Shown in pieces: positions 9,643-16,402 of a DNA stretch of 64,000 nucleotides. Positions within the stretch are counted from its first letter, which is position 1; every line of letters starts with the position of its first letter. The translations under genes were made by a program, and so were the position numbers. The notes below the pieces were generated by a model. The model was not told where the DNA came from and searched no databases. It saw only the letters and a program-made list of their open reading frames with translations. The DNA comes from Actinomycetes bacterium (GTDB lineage Bacteria; Actinomycetota; Acidimicrobiia; Acidimicrobiales; Aldehydirespiratoraceae), in the NCBI GenBank assembly GCA_024276495.1, contig JAJRXC010000023.1, positions 3,484 through 67,483 on the forward strand, read 5' to 3'.

Positions 9643-10773
9643 GTGACCCCCGAACCCGAAGATCCCCTCGATGGCGCGCTCGTCGCGCTCGCCCACCCCG
9701 ATGGCGTGCACGAGGCCGATCGGGTCTTGGCGGCGTTCGGGAGCCCGCTCGAGTCTGCATTCCTCGCCGAAGTGGCACGCCACCGGCTCGAAGCCCCGCT
9801 GGTCGACGCGCTCGTGTCCGCCGGCCAACCGGTACCACCCCTGCTCGAACGCATCGTCGCCGATGATCGGCTGACGCGGCTGCGGGTGGGTGCGGTCCTG
9901 GCCCGAATCGCGCCCCGGCTCGATGCCAGTGGGATCGAGTGGCTCACGTTCAAGGGCCCGATGATCTCCTCGCTCATGAGCCGTCCGGAGCTGCGCACCT
10001 TCAACGACCTCGATCTTCTCGTCGGCCCGGACCGTTTCGCTGACGCGGTCGATCTCCTCGTCACCGCGGGCGCAGAGGAGCTCAACCACAACTGGCTGCC
10101 CTACATCCGACATCGTGTCGGTGAGGTCCCGATGGACATGCAGGGGGCCACCGTCGACCTCCACTGGCACCTCATCGGGCTCTACCACCATCGCCGGGCC
10201 TTTCGGCTCCCGGTGTCGGCCATGCTCTCGCGGCGGCGCCACCGCCGCATCGGCGATCGGGAGCTCCCGGGATTCGACGCGGAGGATCAACTCCTCCAGC
10301 TCGCCCTCCACGCCGCCATGTCGGGGGCGACCCGTCTCGATCAGCTCCGCGATCTGGCGGTGGTGGCGGCTGCGGACCCCGTCGATTGGCCCCGGTTCGA
10401 GTGCCGGGCCCGCGACGCCCGGGTCGGCGTTCTCGTCGCGCACGCGCTCGACCGGGCCGGTCGCGTGCTGGGGGCACCCGTCGACAACGATGTCGTCGAC
10501 CGCCTCGGCGGACGCCTGGTCTCGGTCCGGCGTCGCCTCGACGGCACGCGGGTGCGGGGGCTACGGGCGTTCACCGTCGTCGCCGGTCGTGACTCCGTCC
10601 CGGCGACGGTCGTCGCCACGAGTCGGCGGCTCCGCGACATCACCGCGGGAGCGCTCGGCCGTGGACGTGGTTGGGACTTCACCGACGAACGCGGGCGTCT
10701 GTTCGCCTCGCGAGCCAGCGGTGGGCCGTCGGCCCGCGCGACCTTCCTGCGGAGCCTGCCCGACTGGGCGTGA
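9643..10773 (+). CDS. nucleotidyltransferase family protein (uncharacterised NTP_transf_5-like type)
   Basis: 376-aa ORF; pol-beta-type NTase signature around LTFKGPMISSLMSRPELRTFNDLDLLVGPDRF. This family is commonly found beside PqqD / HprK-like genes. Confidence 0.7.
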   Translation: MTPEPEDPLDGALVALAHPDGVHEADRVLAAFGSPLESAFLAEVARHRLEAPLVDALVSAGQPVPPLLERIVADDRLTRLRVGAVLARIAPRLDASGIEWLTFKGPMISSLMSRPELRTFNDLDLLVGPDRFADAVDLLVTAGAEELNHNWLPYIRHRVGEVPMDMQGATVDLHWHLIGLYHHRRAFRLPVSAMLSRRRHRRIGDRELPGFDAEDQLLQLALHAAMSGATRLDQLRDLAVVAAADPVDWPRFECRARDARVGVLVAHALDRAGRVLGAPVDNDVVDRLGGRLVSVRRRLDGTRVRGLRAFTVVAGRDSVPATVVATSRRLRDITAGALGRGRGWDFTDERGRLFASRASGGPSARATFLRSLPDWA

Positions 10774-10784
10774 CCGGACGCGCA

Positions 10785-10810
10785 CATGGGAGCGGCGAAC
10801 CGCTCCCATG
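10785..10810. terminator. perfect hairpin between convergent nucleotidyltransferase gene and precursor peptide A1
   Basis: catgggagcgg-cgaa-ccgctcccatg: 11-bp stem, 4-nt loop. It lies 12 nt after the NTase stop and 20 nt after the A1 stop. No T-tract. Confidence 0.5.
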
Positions 10811-10829
10811 TCGTCGCGTCCGTTCGGGA

Positions 10830-10955
10830 TCAGTCGGGGGTCTGCTCCCACACGCGGCCGCTCCCGCGGCGGATCGGCTTCACGCCGTTCTCGCCGTGGG
10901 CGAGCGATCCCTCGAGCGAGACCTGGGCCTTGATCGCCGGCTTGCCGTACTGCAT
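10830..10955 (-). CDS. RiPP precursor peptide candidate A1 (41 aa): MQYGKPAIKAQVSLEGSLAHGENGVKPIRRGSGRVWEQTPD
   Basis: Not in the ORF track (below its size cutoff). ATG at 10955 preceded by AGGGAGA RBS, TGA at 10832-10830. Paralogous to A2 (26/36 identical N-terminal positions). Lasso-type Y-x-K-P-x-I leader motif. Confidence 0.6.
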   Translation of the reverse strand: MQYGKPAIKAQVSLEGSLAHGENGVKPIRRGSGRVWEQTPD

Positions 10956-10989
10956 CTGACTGTTCTCCCTTGTGTCGCTAACATCACTC

Positions 10990-11018
10990 AGCGTAGCCAT
11001 TCGAATACGCGAAGTAAA
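10990..11018 (-). promoter_or_regulatory. putative promoter of A1 (-35 TTTACT, 17 nt spacer, -10 TACGCT on minus strand)
   Basis: Manual match to TTGACA/TAnnnT about 35 nt upstream of the A1 ATG; equivalent arrangement upstream of A2. Confidence 0.3.
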
Positions 11019-11103
11019 GAATGGTTCGCTGCGTCGGAGAGGTGACCCGACGTCGTGAACACTACCACTCCACGTGAGGCGGGGCGGGATCCCGGACCGG
11101 AAC

Positions 11104-11139
11104 GCGAGAGTGGGAACGGCGAACCGTTCCCACTCTCGA
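11104..11139. terminator. hairpin downstream of precursor peptide A2
   Basis: cgagagtgggaacgg-cgaa..-ccgttcccactctcg: about 14-15-bp stem with the same cggcgaaccg apex as the 10785-10810 hairpin. It lies 20 nt after the A2 stop. Confidence 0.5.
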
Positions 11140-11158
11140 GCTCAATTGGCTGACGTTG

Positions 11159-11290
11159 TCAGCGCGCCAAGGTGTCGTCAAGCCAGCCGCGGCCGCTGCC
11201 ACGCCGGATCGGCTTCAGTTGGCCTTCGCCCTGCGAGAGTGAACCCTCGAGCGAAACCTGCCCCTTGATCGTCGGCTTTTCGTACTTCAT
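11159..11290 (-). CDS. RiPP precursor peptide candidate A2 (43 aa): MKYEKPTIKGQVSLEGSLSQGEGQLKPIRRGSGRGWLDDTLAR
   Basis: Not in the ORF track. ATG at 11290 preceded by GAGGAGA RBS, TGA at 11161-11159. Paralogue of A1 with its own promoter-like region and hairpin. Confidence 0.6.
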   Translation of the reverse strand: MKYEKPTIKGQVSLEGSLSQGEGQLKPIRRGSGRGWLDDTLAR

Positions 11291-11325
11291 TCCATCTCTC
11301 CTCACCAAAAGTGGTTACCCCACGA

Positions 11326-11355
11326 ACCGTAGCATTTTTCCTACGTTGCGTGCAA
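11326..11355 (-). promoter_or_regulatory. putative promoter of A2 (-35 TTGCAC, 18 nt spacer, -10 TACGGT on minus strand)
   Basis: Manual match about 36 nt upstream of the A2 ATG; mirrors the A1 arrangement. Confidence 0.3.
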
Positions 11356-11428
11356 TGGGCGCAATGACCCCGAATCGACGACCCGGGCATCCCCACGATA
11401 CCACTCCGGGTGAGACGAGTCGGTGACC

Positions 11429-11869
11429 TCACCGTCGACCGCTCGACCACACGCGACGGCGCACGGTCCGGGCGACCCGGCGAAGACGAAACGCGGCGGC
11501 GCTCCCCAGACGGTCGAGCGTTCCAAACCCTTTCACCGAGCCATCCGGGGCCACGACCGTCGTGACCCGACCGATCGCCTGCGCCAACGGCACCGGGGGG
11601 TCGTCGACGGGATTCCCCGAGCCCCGGCCGGTGACATGGTCGCCGTCCACCTCCCGCACACGGTGGACCACGATCACTCCGGCATCGTTGGTGAAGCCCC
11701 AGATCTCGCCGCGCCGGGGCGCACCCGCCCCTTCCACCACGACCGTCGAGCCCGACTCGATCACCCCGACCATGCTCGATCCGCTCACGGGCAACTCGAT
11801 CGGGCCGGACTCGAGGCGCCGTCGAAGCAGCCGGGCCGTGGCCACCGGATCCAGCGGGCTCTCTGACAT
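11429..11869 (-). CDS. S26B-type (SipW/Sec11-like, Ser/His) signal-peptidase-like protein without membrane anchor; candidate leader peptidase
   Basis: 146 aa; catalytic-Ser box VSGSSMVGVIESGSTVVVE, His box VIVVHRV, and GRGSGNPVDDPPV resembling the GDNN..D box. No hydrophobic N- or C-terminal segment. Confidence 0.65.
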   Translation of the reverse strand: MSESPLDPVATARLLRRRLESGPIELPVSGSSMVGVIESGSTVVVEGAGAPRRGEIWGFTNDAGVIVVHRVREVDGDHVTGRGSGNPVDDPPVPLAQAIGRVTTVVAPDGSVKGFGTLDRLGSAAAFRLRRVARTVRRRVWSSGRR

Positions 11870-11930
11870 TCGGCGACCGTACCGCGGCCCGATCCCCGAT
11901 TCCGAGGATCATCTGGGCTTTCATGGGCCC

Positions 11931-12866
11931 ATGGCGACGAACGACCAGCCGTGGACGGTGCAACTCGATGTGGCCGGTGTCTCGGTCGCCACCACGGCGC
12001 CGCGCCCCTACGCGCCGTGCATCCGGGGGCGCCTCGGAACCGTCGAGTCCGACGCGGCGACCGAGCTCACCCTCATCGTGCGCGAGACGGCCCCGCCACC
12101 CCCGGACCGCGCACCCGACCAGTCGATCGAGGGATTCGACGCCTGGGAGGAAGAGGGTGTGCTCTGGATCGGCCGGGGCTGCACCCACGCCCGCGTCGAG
12201 GGCGACACCGTCGAGGTCGGGGGGCCACTCGAGGGCGACGCCGACGAGGACACGCTCGACGATCTCCTCCAGTTCTCCATCGCCCAGGCACTCGCCACCC
12301 CCGGACGAATCATGATCCACGGTGCGGTGATCTCCACGGCCGACGACGCCGTCGTCGTGGTCGGCGGCAGCGGCCAGGGAAAGTCGACGCTCGCTGCCGC
12401 TGCCCTCGTCGGCGGCTGGCAGCTCCTCGGCGACGACCTGGCCCTGGTCGACACCGGCCGCTCACTCGTACGGGCGGTGCAACGGCCCCCCATGGTGCCG
12501 GCCGACATCGCCGAACGGCACGGGCTCGGCGGACAGCCGGAGGCGGGTGGGCGGGGCCGGGTCCGGCTTCCCGTCGACGTGCTCCACGCCGGGTCCCGTC
12601 GTCTGGTCGGAGTCGTCTCGGTTGCCCACGGCGACGAAGGCGGCGTGACGATCAGCGACGGTGCCGACCTCCGCACGCTCGACGCCGCGCTCGCGGTCCC
12701 GCCATTCCGGGCCGTCATCCGCCGTCATCTCGCGGCGGGCGCGGCGCTGCTCGCGAGCCCGACCGTTCGCCTCGAACACGCCCGGGACCCATCCCGCCGG
12801 ATCGAGGTCGCGATCGAGTCGATCCGGGCCGCGATCGACCTGTGTCGATCCGCCGACCGTCAGTAG
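11931..12866 (+). CDS. HPr kinase C-terminal-domain-like P-loop protein (HprK-related putative peptide kinase)
   Basis: Start MATNDQPW at 11931 inside track ORF 11562..12866; Walker A in HprK-like context IHGAVISTADDAVVVVGGSGQGKSTLAAAAL...LGDDL. Confidence 0.7.
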   Translation: MATNDQPWTVQLDVAGVSVATTAPRPYAPCIRGRLGTVESDAATELTLIVRETAPPPPDRAPDQSIEGFDAWEEEGVLWIGRGCTHARVEGDTVEVGGPLEGDADEDTLDDLLQFSIAQALATPGRIMIHGAVISTADDAVVVVGGSGQGKSTLAAAALVGGWQLLGDDLALVDTGRSLVRAVQRPPMVPADIAERHGLGGQPEAGGRGRVRLPVDVLHAGSRRLVGVVSVAHGDEGGVTISDGADLRTLDAALAVPPFRAVIRRHLAAGAALLASPTVRLEHARDPSRRIEVAIESIRAAIDLCRSADRQ

Positions 12867-13669
12867 GTCGCGAGGGTGCCCGCACGGCGGGCCTCGGTGA
12901 CCGCCCGCCGGAAGACGAGGATCGCCAGGGGCATCGCGACAACCGCGAAGCCGGCCAGGACCGCGATCTCGAAGGTGACATCGCCGAGTCCGGCGTCGCC
13001 CTGGACGAGCTGTCGCGTCGCCCGCACGCCGTAGGTCGCAGGGACGATCTTGGCGACCGCCGCGAGCCAACCGGGCAGCACCGACAACGGGTAGAGGGCA
13101 CCGGACAGCAACAACGTGAGCTGGCGGGCCGGGCCGCTGAAGGGGTCACCGCGCTTCACCAGCACGATGAAGGCGGCCGAGAAGATGCCGAGGGGAACGA
13201 ACGAGGCCGTGGTGAGCAACAGCAGCGGGATGGCCTTCAGCAGGCCACCGACGGGTATTCCCGCCCCGAAGATGCCGAGACCGACGATCACGAGCACGAT
13301 CGTCTCGGCGATGACGAAGATCGCGGGAACGATGTAGCTGGCCGCCAGAATCGTCCACATCGGCGTAGGGGTCGCGAGGATCGCCTCGAGGGTTCCCTCG
13401 TTTTGCTCCTCTCTGATCTGACCGCCGAAGGACTGCATGCCGACGATCGCGAAGCTCGTCACGATCGCCCCGATCAGGACGAACTCGAAGTATCCGCCAT
13501 CGAGCTCACGGATGCTCTCGGGATCGCCGACGAACTCCCCGATGAAATAGAACGAGATCGCGAAGTACCAGAGATTCAGGATGTTCATGATCATGTTGAT
13601 CTTGTACGACGTGAGGGTGATGAGTTCCTTCTTGCCGATCGCCCGAATCCTCCGAAGGTCCGCCCTCAT
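12860..13669 (-). CDS. ABC-2 type transporter permease
   Basis: Start MRADLRRIRAIGKKEL at 13669 (ATGA overlap with the ATPase stop); six hydrophobic segments; ABC-2 permease pattern. Confidence 0.8.
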   Translation of the reverse strand: MRADLRRIRAIGKKELITLTSYKINMIMNILNLWYFAISFYFIGEFVGDPESIRELDGGYFEFVLIGAIVTSFAIVGMQSFGGQIREEQNEGTLEAILATPTPMWTILAASYIVPAIFVIAETIVLVIVGLGIFGAGIPVGGLLKAIPLLLLTTASFVPLGIFSAAFIVLVKRGDPFSGPARQLTLLLSGALYPLSVLPGWLAAVAKIVPATYGVRATRQLVQGDAGLGDVTFEIAVLAGFAVVAMPLAILVFRRAVTEARRAGTLATY

Positions 13670-14433
13670 GAGTCCGCCTCCGCGACCAGCCGCTCCAGGT
13701 GGGCGCCCAACCCGGCGGGGTCGCCGGCGATCTCCTCGGCACTGCCCTCCCATTCGATCCGCCCGTTGATGAGCGCGAGGACCCGGTCGCACGCGATCAC
13801 GACCTCGTCGAGACGGTGGCTCGCCATGAGCACGGCACGACCGTCGGCGGCGAGCGCCCGGATCTGCTCGCAGAGCTGGCGACCGGCGATGGGGTCGAGG
13901 CTTCGGGTCGGTTCGTCGAGCACCAGGAGGCCCGGATCGTGGAGCATCGCCCGGGCGATGCCGAGTTGGGCGAGCATGCCCGACGAATAGCCGAACACCG
14001 CCTTGTCGCGCGGGGCGAGGCCCCGTTCCTCCATCGCGGCGTCGACCGCGGCCTTGGTCCGGGCCCGGTCGAGCCCGGCCAGGGCGGCGAAGTACTCGAG
14101 GTTCTGGCGCCCGGTCAGGCGCCAGTGAAACGAGCGTTCCTCGGGAAGCGACAGACCGAAGAGCGTCTTGACCTCCTCGTCGTCGGGATCCACGCGCCGC
14201 CCACCGACGAAGATCTGCCCTTCGCTCGGGACCAGCAGCGTCGTGATCGCCCGTAGCAGCGTCGATTTTCCGGCGCCGTTGGGCCCGCCGAGCCCGACCA
14301 CCTCACCTCGGTTGACCCGGAAGCTGATGTCGCTGAGGGCGCGCACCGGTTCCTTCGTGGCCGAACGAATCAGCACGCCCAACACGCCCCGCGGCGGCTG
14401 ATACGTCATCCCGACGCCGTCGACCACGAGCAT
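13666..14433 (-). CDS. ABC transporter ATP-binding protein
   Basis: Walker A GPNGAGKST, signature YSSGMLAQLG, Walker B LLVLDEPT. Confidence 0.9.
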   Translation of the reverse strand: MLVVDGVGMTYQPPRGVLGVLIRSATKEPVRALSDISFRVNRGEVVGLGGPNGAGKSTLLRAITTLLVPSEGQIFVGGRRVDPDDEEVKTLFGLSLPEERSFHWRLTGRQNLEYFAALAGLDRARTKAAVDAAMEERGLAPRDKAVFGYSSGMLAQLGIARAMLHDPGLLVLDEPTRSLDPIAGRQLCEQIRALAADGRAVLMASHRLDEVVIACDRVLALINGRIEWEGSAEEIAGDPAGLGAHLERLVAEADS

Positions 14434-14435
14434 CG

Positions 14436-14699
14436 TCAGTCCAGCTCGACGAGCTTCGACTCGAGGAGCGACTCCACGAACGTGATGATGTCGGCTTCCA
14501 GCTCCTCGACGGAAACACCGTCGAACCGTGCCACGAGGTCCTTCGCCAGCGCGGCCGCGTCACGCCGACCATCGAGCTCCTGCCAGATCGCGGCGCCGAC
14601 CGGGTTGAGGGTGGTCATCACCGTGCCGTCGGCATCGAGAATCACCACCGTGTCTCCACTCGGTTCGAAAGAGACGCCGTCGCGTCGTCGAATCGCCAT
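14436..14699 (-). CDS. PqqD family protein (RiPP recognition element)
   Basis: 87 aa; PqqD pattern (LNPVGAAIWQELDGRRDAAALAKDLVARF...E.DI..F...L); 2-nt gap to the ABC ATPase start. Confidence 0.8.
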   Translation of the reverse strand: MAIRRRDGVSFEPSGDTVVILDADGTVMTTLNPVGAAIWQELDGRRDAAALAKDLVARFDGVSVEELEADIITFVESLLESKLVELD

Positions 14700-14779
14700 G
14701 TCCCCACTCTCTCATTCGCGGTCCGGTCTCCATCGGCATTCAAGTCGCGAATCCGAGGACGAGCGCGGAGGCCACCGCG

Positions 14780-16291
14780 TCAGACACGGATCTTCGACAT
14801 CGAGTCGTCGAGACCACCCGGCCGGCTGCTGGACAACCACCCCGTCCGCATCGCCTCGACGACCGGGGCGATCTCCGCGGGCTCGGGGACGAGGGCCGGG
14901 CGGCCGTCGAGGTCGAGGCGATGCGCGGCACACAACCGTCGGAGACCGAGATGGGCCAACCGACAAGCCGCCTCCATCTCCCGCGCGACGATCGCTCCTC
15001 TCGGTCCTCCGACCGGGCCCGATCCGAACAGCTCGATCGCGTCGAGCAGCGAGCGATGGGCGGCATCGAAGGCATCGACGTCGGGGGTGCCGAATGTCGG
15101 GGCGGTGCCGGTCGTCATCGCGGCGTGCAGCGGCGACCCGTTCGGGCTGGACAGTCCGAGCGACTCGCCGATCCGCCCCAGTCGATCGATCAGGCTGCCG
15201 GTGCCGGGGTCGAACCCGGCGATCTCGTCGATCGTCGCGGCGACGGCGTCGGCGTTGGGGACTTCACCGGTACGGGCCGCGAGCCCTGCTCTCACGATCG
15301 ACGGGAGGGAGACGGCGAGGGGCTGCCAATGTCCGTTGTCGCCCCAGTCGGTGAGGAGAATCCCGGGACACCTCTGGGCCTGTCCGACCGCGACCGCGTC
15401 AGCGATGTTCGCGGTGGCGTTTGTGTTGCGACCGATGATCGAGTTCCACGTCGAGGTGCCCGGCGCGACCCAAAACGGAGTCCCGGACTCGATGAACAGT
15501 CGGGCATGGGCGCTGAACCCCTCGGACGCGTCGGGGGGAAGTCCGAGCCGCTCCGTCTGGGCGGGGGTGAGGTGATCCATCCAGCCCTCGACGCCGGGAG
15601 CTTCGTAGTTCCAGACGACCGCGACTGCCCCGTCGGGTATCTGCTCGATCAACGACGCGTCCCGGCGGAACAGGTCGGCCCAGAACATCACCTCGTGTCC
15701 GTCGCCGACCAGAGGCTCGATGATGCGCCGAAGATGGTCGAGATACACATGGTCGCGGCCTCGGCGTGCGACATCGGCGGCCGACGCGCCATCGCCGAGC
15801 TCGAAGGGTTCGTCGGCACCGATGTGGATCCGGTGATGACGAATCACCGATGCCATCTCACGGGCGAGCGCCACCGCGAAGCGAGCGTTCGCCGGGATGG
15901 GGGCAAGGCATCCCGGTGGGGTGAGCGAGCCGTCGAACGGGCTGACGTAGCCGAGTGGGCACTCGGCCATCGTCCGGTACTCGTCGTGCTCGAGCCAGCG
16001 GGCCATGTGCCCGAAGCCGTTCATGTTGGCCACGAGGTCGAGGCCGACCGACGCGCACCGGTCGTCGAGCCATCGGAGGTCGTCGTGGGTGAGCGGCGAG
16101 GCGCACCTCCAGACCGTCTCGTGTCCCCGATAGGTGAACGTGTGCTCGACGTACAGCTGCAACTCGTTGAACCCGGCCGCGGCAAGGACATCGGCGAGCC
16201 ATTCGAGGGTGGCGCGCGTCGGCACCCGGTCTCGGCTCACGTCGAGCATGAATGCCCGCCGCGACAGGCCGATCCCGTTGTTCCGGCTCAT
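14780..16291 (-). CDS. glycoside hydrolase family 20-like (beta-N-acetylhexosaminidase-like) protein
   Basis: 503 aa; FMLDVSRD and catalytic-type IHIGADEPFELG motif. Confidence 0.7.
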   Translation of the reverse strand: MSRNNGIGLSRRAFMLDVSRDRVPTRATLEWLADVLAAAGFNELQLYVEHTFTYRGHETVWRCASPLTHDDLRWLDDRCASVGLDLVANMNGFGHMARWLEHDEYRTMAECPLGYVSPFDGSLTPPGCLAPIPANARFAVALAREMASVIRHHRIHIGADEPFELGDGASAADVARRGRDHVYLDHLRRIIEPLVGDGHEVMFWADLFRRDASLIEQIPDGAVAVVWNYEAPGVEGWMDHLTPAQTERLGLPPDASEGFSAHARLFIESGTPFWVAPGTSTWNSIIGRNTNATANIADAVAVGQAQRCPGILLTDWGDNGHWQPLAVSLPSIVRAGLAARTGEVPNADAVAATIDEIAGFDPGTGSLIDRLGRIGESLGLSSPNGSPLHAAMTTGTAPTFGTPDVDAFDAAHRSLLDAIELFGSGPVGGPRGAIVAREMEAACRLAHLGLRRLCAAHRLDLDGRPALVPEPAEIAPVVEAMRTGWLSSSRPGGLDDSMSKIRV

Positions 16292-16402
16292 GTTCTCGCC
16301 TCATCGAGGGTCGTGGAGAACGTCGCGAAGACGACAGAGCGGGGTGGGTGGAAACAACGCGCGGTCGGTCGCCGGTTCATCGACCGAAGCTAGCCTGCGC
16401 CC

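Noticed and set aside
10830-11290. Classifying A1/A2 as bona fide lasso peptides. A conserved G16-S-L-x-x-G-E22 would allow a Gly1-Glu7 macrolactam like the 7-residue-ring lasso peptides
   Set aside because: No Asn-synthetase-like cyclase or transglutaminase-like B2 protease ORF exists in any frame of the window. The leader also lacks the usual Thr at -2. A trans-encoded cyclase elsewhere in the genome cannot be excluded, so this remains the main alternative hypothesis.
11951-13990. 679-aa + strand ORF running through the HprK-like, ABC permease and ABC ATPase genes of the RiPP-like cluster
   Set aside because: The translation is extremely Arg/Gly/Pro/Asp-rich and frame-shifted relative to the HprK-like gene. 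It is antisense to two well-supported ABC genes. I treat it as spurious rather than as a hidden large cluster enzyme such as a cyclase.
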